Below are positions 40,182 through 53,815 of a stretch of 64,000 nt of DNA, one piece after another. Every line of letters begins with the position of its first letter. Position 1 is the first letter of the stretch. The stretch is taken from positions 1,377,647 to 1,441,646 of the forward strand of contig CAJFCJ010000006.1 in assembly GCA_904063045.1 (NCBI GenBank), in the 5' to 3' direction. A program made the translations under genes and the position numbers. This stretch comes from Dimorphilus gyrociliatus. Its lineage: Eukaryota; Animalia; Annelida. A model generated the notes under the pieces. The model saw nothing but the letters and a program-made list of their open reading frames with translations, ran no database searches and was not told the DNA's origin.

Positions 40182-41586
40182 ATGCTTGAAGTTTATGCCC
40201 AACCCATTGATAGGAGTGTTTTTGTGGCGGGAGAAACGATTGAATGTAGAATAGTATTCATAAATGCAAATACAGGAATAAAACAAAGGACAAAATCTGT
40301 TCAACTGGCATGGGCAAGCGCTCAAATTCATTGTCAATGTACGACGAATGAATCTCGAATAAGTATTCCGAAATCGGAGCCAACCAGTGCCGACCTCAGC
40401 TCATCAGCTAATGAAACATCGTTCGTTCCAAGTCGAGGGGAAAAGGGACAAGCAGTCCTGACAAGTAAACCGACAATTTTATTCTGTGATCTAGCCTTAA
40501 AGAGTGGAGAAAGACGGGAGTGTTGGTTTTTACTAATTGTAAATAATCATAAACTAAAACTTTTTCGTTTATAGTTATTTATAAAGAATCGATCCCACTA
40601 GATGCACCACCCTCTTACAGGGGTAATTCCATAAAGTATGCTTATAAAATAACAATCGGAACACAACAATTAAACAAACCAACTGAACTGTTAAGGGTAT
40701 CATTTAGGGTTTTAGTTGTTCCTGGTGAATATTCTTTTGAATAAAATCTATGATTATACAACAAATATTTCTTTTCTTAAACAGGATTAAACGATTTAAC
40801 AGTTTACGCCGATCCAGATTCTCTAACTCCCTCTAATCCATTTCGAAAGCAGCAAAAGAATAAAGAAACGGCACCAACTGGTATATTGGATATTGCGTTG
40901 CAAATTATTCAGAATTTAACTTGTAGAAGAACTACGAGTAAATATACTATATAAACTCGTCCTTAAACATATCTAAGCAAATACTCATTTCCCAGATTTT
41001 TATAATATTACAAATAGTAATGGAAAAGTAGCAAGATTTTGTCTATTTAAACAAGCTTTTCGAATAGGCGACGATATTATAGGTACCTTCGACTTTTCAT
41101 TAGGAACAATTCCATGTATAAAGGTATGATATATCTTTAAGATTTTATGTTAAGAATTGATTATTATTATATTTTTCGTGATATAAACAGATGGCTGTTA
41201 GTTTACAAAGTGAAGAGCAAGTTTCAGCTGAATGCCGCAAGAAAAATACGTCAAATTCGAGTATAACAACTCACTGCCGACAGCAATTATTTTGCTTGCA
41301 TTCTCTGCATACCCATATCACTATACCTGTTCCCTTAACTGCTACTCCAGAATTTTTTACCGATCTCGTTCATTTAAAGTGGAAATTGCACTTTGAATTT
41401 GTCGTTTGTTCTGATACCGTAGACGTTAACGCCCTCTGTGGTTTGACAAGCCTAACAGAATATGAAACTTGGAAGGCTCCAGAATGCTTACAAGTTGAAA
41501 CAATGATTTGGGATTTACCTGTAAAAATATTAGCCACAAATCCTGTATCTTGTCCTCCTCATTCAACATCTGTAGGCTATGGTTAA
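40182..41586 (+). CDS. RGP1: RGP1 homologue (RAB6 GEF complex subunit)
   Basis: Motifs VFVAGETIECRIVF, LAWASAQIHCQC, KPTILFCDL, APPSYRG..KYAYKITIGTQ, TPEFFTDLVHLKWKLHFEFV and ETMIWDLPVKIL; five exons. Confidence 0.92.
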
Positions 41587-42474
41587 CTTCCTTTAGAGTA
41601 TAAACTTCTACATAAAAGGCTTTAACTTATTTCATATAACAAAAACACTATATAATAAATAAATAGAACTCTTTATTAATCCTCATAAATTATTTTAATT
41701 CTTTTATTAATTTCGAAGATTCCTATAAGATGTTTAATACAAATATTCAAAACTTTTATCACAAATAAACAATTACTATTATTTATTAATATTACAACAA
41801 ATATATTGTCAATTATCTTAATTAATAGCCGTTTTCTTTATACTTTAATTAACAAATAATAATTATGTATAAAGCGGAAAGAAAATGGTAAAATTGATTT
41901 ATTAATCAATACGTAATGCACTATTTGTTTGATATTTAACATGATTATAGGGTTGCCACTGTTTTACGTATAATTTATCCTTTCTCTAATATTAAATATT
42001 AAGCGCATCTAAACGATCCGCTTTTACTTAGAAAGAGAAAAGAGTATACTTCTTACTACTATTTAATACTACGTTATAGTCTCTTTCTTCTTCGTATTAT
42101 ACCATTTAGACAGTATAAACCTTTATTTAATAGATTGAATATTGGTAGAGAATGAACACTTAAACGTATTATTGATTTTCCTTCTTTCATTTTCTTGTTA
42201 GTCTGCTTAATGAGAAATAGATATTGTATATTTAAATCTGCCTTGTCATTGTGAGTATTAGTTTCGGAGTGCGATTTCGTCTTGAAGGTAGTAATATATT
42301 ATTTATATGCGTTGCTAATCACATGATAACAATCTATTTCAGCCACCCAGTGTATATAAACTATGTAGCAGACGATAAAAAGCGTATTGAGACCTAAACC
42401 AATTATAACACTGGATTTTTTTTTCATACATTTGAATTGACGCGCCACCCGTCGTCGAATTGACTTCTACATAG

Positions 42475-44055
42475 ATGATAGACTCCACGATGAAGGGAAG
42501 AATTGTAGTATTTTCAATAATTGGTTGTCCCCATTGCATGAATGCTAAGAATCTACTCCAGGAAAAGGGTTTGGAATACGCCGATGTCAGTTTAGACGAA
42601 TATCCTCAAATGAGAGAATGGTTAAGAGACAATACAAACAGCAAAACTGTACCACAAATATTTTTCAACGCCTTGCATGTTGGTGGAAATGCCGAGTTAA
42701 AGGAAAAGATAAAAGACAAAGCCGAATGGGAAGCTCTCCTAGAAGAAATTGAAAAAAACGCCCCTGGTTCTGATGCTCCTGAGTTACCCCACCCCAGCAC
42801 GGCAGTGGCCTCAACATCCATAGGCGATTTTACCTGCGAGCCTGACGAATATGCTAAATTGGTCGAAGAGATGAGAAATTGCGGTATAGTTAAGAATCAT
42901 TCAAAAATCTTCTCGACTGTAAAGAATGCTTTCACGGGAAAAGACTTTGTCGAATGGGTTAAAAAGGCAAAGAAATTAGGTAATTAATCATTAAAATACC
43001 ATAAAGAATTGATTAAATGTATTAATATTTGTATAAAGACGAAACAACAGCCATTGAAATGGGCCAGGCCCTTATCGATCAGCATTTTGGAAAAGAGGTC
43101 AAAAAAGATGGTCAAACATTCAAAGCCGATAACACGCTGTATCGCTTAATTGAAGACGACGACTCTACAGCATTAAATGCAGGTGAAACTTCACCTTGTA
43201 CACAAGGATCAGCATTACAACTGGCTGAGAGTATGAGAAAACTGATTTTGAAATTATATTCTGTATTTTTGTCGAGTGACGGAAAAAAAGTTAATTACAA
43301 AGGCATTTCTACCGCTTCCGAATTCAAAATGTATCTGAAGTTAACGAAAGAATTAATTAGGGTTGATATAGAACACGCAACTCGTGAGGAGAAATTAGCC
43401 TTCTTCATTAATATCTATAATGCTTTAGTTATTCACGCTAATATCGTTCTTGGCCCACCGACTAATCTGTGGCAGAGATATAAGGTAAATAGTTATTAAT
43501 TAGTAAATATATGCTTAATCTATAGATTTTTGATAAAATAATCCGAGTTATCTTCCCATGCAGTTTTTTAATACGGTTCGTTACATTATTGGCGGTAATG
43601 AGTATTCTTTACAAGATATTGAAAATGGAGTTTTAAGAGCGAACAGAAAAGGAGTCGGTCAATTTAGACTGCCATTTGGTAAAGACGATCCTAGAAGAAA
43701 GATTGCTTTAAAAGAGAATGAACCTCTGATTCATTTTGCTTTGAATTGTGGTGCTAAGAGTTGCCCACCTATAAAGACTTTCAGCGCGAACGGTATTGAT
43801 GAGCAGTTAAAAATGGCAGCCGAGGCTTTCCTCGACAACGACGACGGTTGTACACTGAATCGAAATAGCATTAAACTATCAAAAATCTTTAGCTGGTATA
43901 AAGAAGACTTTGGTAAAAATAACGCTGATCTGGCAAATTGGATATTCAAGACAATGGGAGCCGGCGATAAAAAAGACAAATTGGAGGAAATTCTTTCAGG
44001 AAAGAATTACTCCTTATCATTTTTGGATTATGACTGGGGTGTTAACTCTAAATAG
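42475..44055 (+). CDS. Glutaredoxin-DEP-DUF547 multidomain protein
   Basis: Exons 42475-42980, 43039-43484, 43564-44055. Grx motifs CPHC and TVPQIFFN; DEP-like AFTGKDFVEW...AIEMGQALIDQHF; DUF547 EKLAFFINIYNAL, SLQDIENGVLR and PLIHFALNCGAKSCPP. Confidence 0.88.
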
Positions 44056-44804
44056 ATAATCAAAAAACATCAAAGCTATTATTCTCATTTGTAACCAGTT
44101 CTGTGAAAAAGAAGATATTTTATAATAGAAATTCATATAAAATAAAAAATGAAATAAATACTCGATGTTGTCTTTAATATCAAAGGCGCCATTAATCATT
44201 AACATGCTACAGGCGTCACTTATATTTGTAATCAGTTGTTACTGTTATATACGTCTAATATTTCTAATGAAATGCTTTTAAATAGACAGTAGGAGTTCCT
44301 TTAAACAAATAAATTATTTAATTCTACTAATGCTAATATACCGGTTTCTTCTAGGAATCGAGAAAAACTCTTCTGCAGAACTGAAAAAGTTCTTAGATGT
44401 TCTTTCTTATTAGTCTATTATTTCATTGCGATATCATTGAATATAAGAAATAATTAACTAATTAACTATTATTCTTAACTTAAGAGAAAGAAACGGATTG
44501 TAATTCTTTATTGTTTTTCCTTTTTCTAAAGGGCGTTAAATTTAAGAATTTCTTAAGAAAATTAACTTCCGGTTTCTGGTAACAACGTCGTTTCGTATTA
44601 TACGTCAAGTAACAAAAAAAACATATATTAATGGATTTACTATTCGTAAACAAACAAAGTCTTACACGCTATCAATTTAGGTAAGCTTCCTATCTCGGGC
44701 AGAGATAAAAAAAAAACAAAAAACATTATATAGATTTCACATTCTAATCACTATTCATTTTTTTAAAAGAGAAAACCAGAGACATCTAGTGGATATAAAA
44801 CGAT

Positions 44805-46016
44805 TTACGATATACAACAAAACTTATTTCTGTCACGGTTAATAACGGGTAACGAATCATTTATTGTTTTAAATACATCCATAATTGATTCTTTATCATT
44901 AACATCACACTTAACATATTGAATACTATCTTTTTGTGCGTTCAGTGTTTCTTCTTGTTCATCCCGCTGCGAGGTATCTAGTCGATTGACGACGTCTTCG
45001 TAAGATACATTCAAGTTGACCATTCCAACTACAATGATACATTTTTTTTTATCGCATTTTTCGACTTCTGTTATCCAAAAATCATGTACAGACTCCAACT
45101 GATGAAGACTATTGGTCTTATAAACGATTACGACTAGATCACATTGATTGATTGCATTTAAAAGGTCTCTTTCTACTTTCACGTTAACCAAATCGCAAAA
45201 TATAATACCTTTATTGCAGTCGTCGATATTATAAGTTATTTCAGTAGTTGAACAGCAAACAATACGACGGGAATCCGTTGATATCGAACGAATAGATACT
45301 TGGCCATTTAATAAAGTGAGTCGATTTATTAGCGTTGTTTTTCCACTGCAGCGATTACCCAACACTAGAACTTTGGGGAAGAACGAATTGTCCGCTTTCT
45401 CTTTCAATTGCATACTCTTTTCTTCATTGACGGTACGAAATCCCTCAAATTTATTTTGAAAGGATGAACGACTAGTAGTTTGACTCTCCCTAGCTTCCTG
45501 ACAATCTCTCATAAAGTTCTTGTAGGTTTTCTCTGAGAAATTTTTAAGTTCTGCCATCCTTTTCATCATTTTCCTTTGATCTTCAGATGAAATGCCGACG
45601 TCTAAGATTGATACCCTAATAGTATTTTTAAATGGTAAAAAGAGGATTTAATTGCTAATGTTTTTTTAATATAAACTTAGATTTATATTTTATTATATTC
45701 ATATTAAAAACCTCTTATTATTCATTTCATTCTCTTTTTTTGTTGTTAATGTATTAAACTGATCGCCGTGACTCTTTGGATCTTCTGCTACTAAACGACT
45801 CTGAACTTTTTTAGAAGTGAGTAGACTCCGTTTCTTCTTTCTTTTGGTCAGTCTCTTTTTGTCGACTTGACACTCTTTAAATTTTAACTTTCTATGGAAA
45901 TTTTCGCATAATTTATAATCATTTGTATGACTCTTTGTAGGGGAATTGGATAGCGTTGAATTAGAATCCTCTGAATTCTCGTCTGTTGCATCATAAAGCG
46001 TATAATTTCTGTTCAT
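44805..46016 (-). CDS. Degenerate Ras/Rho-like small GTPase with a long N-terminal extension and C-terminal CCIS (371 aa)
   Basis: Exons 46016-45712 and 45615-44805 join in frame (KR|VSILDVG), uniting two ORF-track entries. P-loop GNRCSGKT is intact. Confidence 0.75.
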
Positions 46017-46555
46017 TTCTCCTTATATAAAGGCTTTATTTTTGCATATAAATATATTTTGAATTTTTTTGAATTTCAAAACTACATAAATCATTGAATA
46101 ATACAAAATTCAACTTTTTGTTTGCTAATGTAGAAGGATATATGTACGAAAAAAATTAAGGGAGGGACATGATTGGATCGGGAGAGGGGGGGGAGGGGAT
46201 AGGGGAGTGGTAAATGCAATCATCAGCCTTCAATGTGTTACAATGATCAATAATTTGTTTGTGTTTAAAGTTCAATGTAAACATAAATTCATGGAACAAA
46301 AAAGAAAATAAACAAAGAGACTTTTTGTTATTTTTTTGACAATGCATAATTATTTAAAAGCATCTTCTATCTATTCACTCTAGTGGAAGCTGTAGTAAGC
46401 TTAATTATTGAATAATTTTTCTCTTAACAAGCACATCCAAATCAATGCATCTTGCATAAGAATAACAATTTTTAAGATTTTTAAAGACAGATGAAAGTTT
46501 TTCTAAATAAGGCTCTTTTAAAAATAGATAGCCTTATTATATTATAATTTATAAT

Positions 46556-48421
46556 TCAAACGATAACTGATGATAACTTTCTTAAAACTCGATTATCAAG
46601 AACGCAAAGATCAAAGTCAAATGTTGATTCTGTTAAATCGAACTGGCCAGTTTCAGTAATGACTCGAACTATTTGGGTGAGCCTATCGGCATCTCGTAAT
46701 TCCATTAATTTTTGTTTCAAATTTAGCAGTTGACTTAAGTGTTCAGAATTTGTTTCCTCCTGATGTTCTATTAACTGATTACTAACATTCGAAGATATTG
46801 AAGATTGGGAAACTTCGTCAACGACATGAGGAACTGTGGTTGTTTGCCTGGAGTCACTCTCCACTGAACTTGGACAGGGAAGAGTCACACTTTCGCTATT
46901 TCTCTTTTCTTTGGGACGTTTCTTTTCCCTTTTCTTATCGGAGTGAGACTTTTGCTTCTTTTCTTTCGGCTCTCTATGCTCGCTAGGTATTGTTGTCTGA
47001 ATTGAACTTGGTGGCATTTTCTTTTGACCGGCAGTTGGCACGCTCTTATTAGTTTTTGGTGACTGTTTTTCAAAGTTGTATAAACTATTATCACTATCTG
47101 AACCACTTAACAGATCTTTCTCTAATAAATCTAAGTGATTGGGAGTTTGTTTTGATGCTGGAGGATTTGGTGCTTGGGGTGGTTCATCAGATTGTTTTGA
47201 TGTACTAGGATGGTGGTTATGATGATGACTATGCTTTCCACTGGCCTTTGATGAGTGGGATGACTTAACAACAGGTGATTTTTTATCTTCATGGTGATTC
47301 TTTTTCTTTTTTGGTTCGCTACTTCCGTGATGTCCTGACTCTGACACTCTTTTCTTGTGTTCTTTACCCCTATCTTTATCCCTTTCTTTATCTCTCTCTT
47401 TATCCCTGTCTTTATCCTTTTCTTTATCCTTTTCTTTATCCTTTTCTTTATCTCTTTCTTTATCCCTATCTTTTTCTTTATCTTTATCCCTGTCTCTATC
47501 CTTTTCTTTGTCCTTTTTTCTATGACGAGAATGAGAATCACTTGATTTTTCTTTCTTTGAAGATGATTTCTTCTTTGAATGTTCTGAACGGAAAGATTCA
47601 CCAAAAAGGTCACAAATTGTAGAATCTGAGCCTTCTTGCCGGGATGGATTAACTGGAATTGCTGACTATAAAAGCAATGAAAGGGAAATCAATAAACTTT
47701 AAGGTTAATACAAAAATTATACTAACCCCTCCGGCTAGAATTAATTTTCTGCGAAACTCTTCAGAAGGGTTTTGAAAAGTAAGTTTTTCGCATCGTACAT
47801 GGTTAACCGGTTTTGAACTTCCAACAATAGGGAGGAATAGTTCATACGTAAAACTGATGGATTTTGGTGGTAAGGGGTTCCTGAAGAAGATTTCGATCGG
47901 TACGTCAAAACTCGCATATCCTGATTCTTTTACTTCGTATTGTTGATCGTTATTTGGTTTCTGAACGACTGTAATAATATTTTACAAGGGTTATAAACGA
48001 CTTTTATTCATAGACGACCACACAAAATTGATAGGATCAAAGCAACGACGCCGATCTGATGCAAATTAAATAGCCTATATTTATGAAAGCATTGTAAAAG
48101 TGGCAAGTGGTTGTAATAATTTATGTCGCTTATGTTCAGTTCACCACAAAATTTTTACCTACCTCGACGAGAATTTGGGAAACTATCATGAAGCTGGAAA
48201 ACGACTTCTTCCACAAAATGCTCTATTTGACTACCTTTTGCGCCTCTAACAAAAAGTATCCAGTTGTGAGTATAACCCTCAGGAGTAGGTTTCTTACGAA
48301 CTACTGCCCGGTGGCCAAGCTCCAGTTGAATTTGAATGTCCTGAAATTTTTATCCATATGAGATAATGACTGATTCGAGTAAAAATATTAAAAAAAACTA
48401 AAGAGAAACCTGCGAAGCCAT
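46556..48421 (-). CDS. MLLT3: AF9/ENL YEATS-domain elongation factor
   Basis: Exon 1 MASQ (48421-48410), then [13 protein letters not shown]...EGYTHNW...LHDSF, ESGYA and [20 protein letters not shown]-terminal ANC1 homology domain [12 protein letters not shown]9 and ENL cannot be distinguished. Confidence 0.92.
47365..47520. repeat. Coding tandem repeat (about 12-nt TTTATCCTTTTC unit) encoding a KD/KE/RD mixed-charge tract in AF9/ENL
   Basis: Visible periodicity; the minus frame reads [25 protein letters not shown]. Confidence 0.85.
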
Positions 48422-48965
48422 TAATTACAAAACCGGAAGCAGACTAATAGGCAAAATATATACCGTAGTACCAGTTTATTTTAGAGTTCTTTTTCAGAGT
48501 TTGAAAAATTCTTACCATTTTATCGGGAGGAGTTAAAATTTTCATTAACTTTGACGGAAAATTTACATTTGGCTTCTCTGATAGTAGTTTGCTTAGTGTA
48601 GGTAGCTTAAGGCTCATAGGCGATATTGGAGGATCCGAGAGGCAGAGTACAAATCGACTATAAACTTCTATATTGTCGAGCTGCATGACAGTTGCTCCGA
48701 CAAAACCGACTGACCAACTGACCATGTGGCTAACATTATACTGTTGGCGGCGCAACAATGCGTGTATTCTTTAGTTTATAGGAAGGTCTATAAAAGTGCT
48801 TTCAATGCGTTTACGACAAATTTTATTGACGAAAGTTAAAGCCGGGAACGCCTTTTACATTCTCAAGCCGTATCCGGCCATTTACTTGTAGTGCCACAAA
48901 TATAAAACGCTAATTTACATCATTAGCTAGATATTATTAGATTCGTACAACAAACAAAAGAATTT

Positions 48966-51900
48966 CTATAACTTTGATTTGGAAGGGTCAATAAAAGGTT
49001 TTGGATTTGGAAAGAACTTCTTCGTTTCTCTTAAGCTGTTGATATCTTTGATGATGGTTGCCTAAAAGCGAAACAATTTTAAGTTATTAAATTCTCATCA
49101 CAATTCAATTTCTATTCAATTTGTAAAACTCTACAAGTCTCACCTGGCTTTCCGTTGGTAGTTCAAATTTCTCCGATCCATCGGCCGTCGAATAAACGTG
49201 AACGCTTAGCTTTCGCCGTTGCTCTGACGGATTTTCTATTTTATTCTATTGAAAAAGATTACGCAATTAATGATTAATTAATTAAATATTAATGCGATTT
49301 AATTAGAAAGGATTACTTTGAAAAAATCTATAATATCCGACTTTGTTAGCGTTCTTAAATAATCCACTTCAATTTCATCTCTTCGGAAGTTATAATGCTT
49401 TGATGTAATTTCTTCCCAGTATTTACTATTTTGGGCCGACAGCTTTTTAGGTGACTCGAGTCTCTTGGTAGCTAACGCTTGCACGTGTCTCTCAAAAGAA
49501 ACATCATCAATTGTCGAAAGTAATTGCTAGAATGTGAATTGTAATTAGTTAATTACATAATCAGATTCAATTCATTAACAATTGAATAAGAGTAGATGTC
49601 ACTTACTCCCATCTTTTCAATAAATGATTCAATTCTCTCTTCAATATGCTGAGGGGTTTTATCAGATTGAATAATTATACGTAATCCCTGTGCACCGCTA
49701 GAGCGTCTAATTCCGCTAAAGACCAAATAGCCGAGTTGTTCTTGGGTTCGTAGAATATCGAAACAAGGTTCCGATATGATTTGACAAAACAGCTCCAACA
49801 GCATATTACTACGAGTGTCTTGTTCGCCAGTTTGCAAGTAAATTTCAACAGCATTATCCTTATGCACTTCATTGTTGTGGATGTAAACGTACGATTTCTC
49901 TGAAGGAGAATAAAAGCGTTTAATAGTACTTTTATGATGTCGTTCGCAAAGAGTTGCGAAAAAATTTACGTTGTGGCAGACAAACTTCTCGGTAGCGTCT
50001 TTGTTCTTCTGGTAGATATGACGTCTTTGTGACATTTCCTCTTAGTTCCTTTTCAACCAATTCACTAAGTTCCTGAGCCCTCTATAGTTATTACGAGGAT
50101 TTGTAAAAAAGAAAGTACTTTCATGTAAATGAATAATTTGCTACTAAACCTTTAGAGTAGAATTTCCATAGATTAATATTTCAAAATATAATTTTGATAA
50201 TAGTTTCGGTATAAAAGCTTGAAGAGCTTCGCTTGTCACTTCTGCATAAATTAAAAATATTACGTAATAAAATCATAAATATTTTGCAATATATTTATAT
50301 AAACAATACATATACTGTATTATACTATAATACTTTAAATGTCATTGTCATCTTACAAGGCTCTTTTATGTTTATTTATAGTGATTTTAAAAATGTCATT
50401 ATCATATCAAACGTGAGATTAAAAAATAAGTGAATCAATATCTTATTTCCAAATTATCAGTAGGAATTAAGTTATTATCAAAAGAGTTGTCTAGATATTA
50501 ATTTCAACATATAGGTAATTCTAGTACACTGTCTTTATTCTACCAAATTTTCATGATAATCATCACTTTAACAATAAGCTATTCTTAATACTATTGTAAT
50601 ACAAGATATTTTGTTGTCAAAGAAAGGATATGAAAAAAAACTTACGGTCAGCTACGGCTAACAACTCCGATTTCTCCCAAAACACCTCCGTTGTTAAAGC
50701 ACTTAAGTAATAAATGGCATGTTGATGGGGTTGTTCCGCTTCGAAATTTCTCAGACTTCTAATGTACTAAAGTCGAAATTAAAGCATACATTTAATTGTT
50801 GTTTATATGTCGTTAATTTCGTGTGATAAAAATTTCCTTTATATTTACCAATTCTTTTAGTATGTTGAATCTATCTACGTTAACTTCAAAGGATACCATT
50901 TTTTTGAGAATTTTCTCCAATAGTACATGTTGTTTATCACTATATCCTTTGACGGATAGCTAAAGCAAAAACATATAGATATTTAAATTTAGTATTTTCT
51001 CAATCTTTCTTTACTACCTTAATACCATACATAGATTTCGTTAAATCATAGTATAAACCAGCTAACTCAGCATCATATGCATATTCAGTAAGGGCATCTT
51101 TGAAGACGGTAACGAACATATAGGATAAATTGGCGCTTAAAGGGTCAGCGTAACAGTAAGGGCTAGCCATATCAATACTAATGCATAGTTTAGGCATTTT
51201 AAATTTACCATCTTGCTTAAACCAAACCCTACTAAATGTTGTATCTTTGATTACTTTCGGTACATCTTTCTGTTGGTTGAGATATTGTTTAGTATTGATA
51301 AAAAGAGTAGCTAAAGTAAATCTTCACATTATTATCCAGCTCTACTAAATCGAACCGCGAAGGAATAAATTCGTTCTTTTCAGGTATATTAAACTTTGGA
51401 TTATCTCCAACATTGCGCCATCTCTGATGAAAACACAAATGTAGATAAAAACTAATCGTTCGGAAAAAAAACTAAATATACCTGTAGAGTCTCTTCACCA
51501 ATATCTTCAAGACGATAATTTGTTCCATACCATCTTTCAGTTTGATCACATTCGTTTTCAAAGGTTTTTCCAACAATTCCAACTCTAAAACGAGAATGTG
51601 AAATTAGAAAAAGAGTTCTTTATTTGGACTTTATTTAAAAAACCTTAGATTATCAGGTGTGAGTCTATTTAAAATGTCTGTTATCATATTAGGTTCATAC
51701 TCGTGCAAAAGATAAGGTCCACTTAAAATTTCATCCATAGGAAAGTCCTAGAAAATTGTTTAAAAAAACGGGAATTTGTCTTAATTCAGTCATTATGATA
51801 TCTAAAAAAATTGCTTTTACGTACGTGTAAAACTCCGGCGCAAGAGCTTGTTAAAGATCTTGGCTTTTCCTTGTCTTTAAATCTAAAAGTAATGTTATTC

Positions 51901-53815
51901 AAATTCTGCAAAATAGGGAAACAAGAAATTTTTTGTTTAAAAAGAATATTGTAAATTGTTAAGAAAGTTACCTTGCATTCTTGAAATATCCATTCTTCTG
52001 GCAATCTTTTCTTTAGCATATGAAGATATTCAAAAATTGCAGTCATAATGTCATCAATATGATCTTTTTTCAATAAAAAATAAATAAATAGATAGCTTTA
52101 GAACATTTCTAAATAATTATGATTTATTATATTCATTTTTAAGTATAAAACTTACCAATTCCAGATTCACTTAAATCAACGGTGATTGTGAAAAACATAA
52201 AGCCTCTAGCACCGATTTTTTGTCCACCTACTAGTTCGTTAACCCAGCCTTTTTCCTTAAGTTCGGACAACAGACTGCCAGGGCCTTCGTGACCGATAAG
52301 GTGCCCTAAGTAATGACCGGGCTGTAAAAGCAAATATTTCTATTTTACGCGATCATTCAAAAGATGATTTAGTTACGTTGCTTCTATAATGGTTTCTAAG
52401 ATCAGGAATAGGCCAATTTACGTAAAGATTTCTTATATCTTTAACTGGAACAATTTTTATCAGTTTCTATAAAAGAAGACAAAGTAAACATTAAGTGTTT
52501 AAATAATTTAAAAGAAAAATTCTTCAACCTTTAATTGTTCCGGTCCGTATGGATGATCTTTCCATTCAGGAATATCAACTGATTTATTTTTAACATCTCC
52601 AAACAGAGGCACAACCATTTCAGTTAATTCTTCTAAACTTTCTATTTAACAAATATAATTGTGTTATACATTTTTAATCAAGGAATAAAATTAAACGTAA
52701 AAAAAAAACCTTTTCCAACTACGCACAATCCCATTATATTCGATGAATAATACTTCTGATGAAATTTAAGCAATTCATCACGAACTTTTAAACCTTTACT
52801 TAATGGTATAGTTTCCAAAGTTTCTTTACTTCCTTTTTTTAAAGAATGCACATATGTATAATTGTATTAATATAAATTAGAATTTTAAGTAAACAACAAG
52901 CGCTTTGTACCTGTGCTAAATTTTGCAAAGTCATGATCAGGCTTTGCCGTTGATTTCTCTAGCTGATGTAATCTCCACATATCACTTTGTAAATTCTTCA
53001 TATTTTCAGAATTTACAGCATTAACTTCCCTATCAGTTGCACTAATTGTAAACAAAGGGCATAAGAAAAACTGAGCAAATCTGTAATTATTAAGAAGGGT
53101 GGTCTAAAATAAAAATAAAATACAAGTGTCAAGCAACGTTAACCTATCTAAGGCTCCAGAGAGGGCAGATGGAGATACATCAAAGTAATAATTAGTATGT
53201 TCACCAGATGTGTAAGCATTGGATGAGCCACCATTTTCGCTTAGAAATTTATTATACTCATTTTCTTCAGGATACTATGTAAAAAAAAATATAAGTAAAT
53301 CAATTATGAACATACGGAAGTCTACCTTTTCAGTTCCTAAAAATAACATGTGCTCACAAAAGTGAGCTAGCCCTGGTAATTCTTTAGGATCTTTCATTGC
53401 TCCTATACATTAAAATTTCAATTGTGTAAAAATTGAATCCATGTTGAAAATTTGTTGATTTTTAAGCTCTTACCTATGTAAACGTCTAGAGCAGCAGACG
53501 ATTTATCAGTTTGCGAGTCACTAACTAGTAAAATCTTCATCTTATTTTTTAGTTCAAGACCAAGATATTGCCGACCGTCCTCCTGAGACTTTACAATATT
53601 CTCATGACGTTTACTTATCATATCAGAAGTCGCCATTGTTCTGCTTAAAGGAAATCTGCAAACGTTGTTAAGTCTCATATATTATATTAAATATGTAAGT
53701 TAATTGTCATTCATTCAATATAGAGAGAAATATGAATATGTAATACTGACTTTCCGGTGTTTAAACGAGCAATTGTTAAAAGTGACTTTCTTGCCCAATA
53801 TATTCTAGCAACCAT
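48966..53815 (-). CDS. IDE: Insulin-degrading enzyme (M16A metalloprotease)
   Basis: Inverted zinc motif in [16 protein letters not shown]; [58 protein letters not shown]. More than 20 exons. First exon 53815-53751; ends ...SKSKL* at 48966. Confidence 0.95.

Noticed and set aside
47131-47622. YPFL- and IPFF-repeat ORFs and the alternative-frame IKKR ORF
   Set aside because: Other-frame readings of the AF9/ENL KD/KE repeat.
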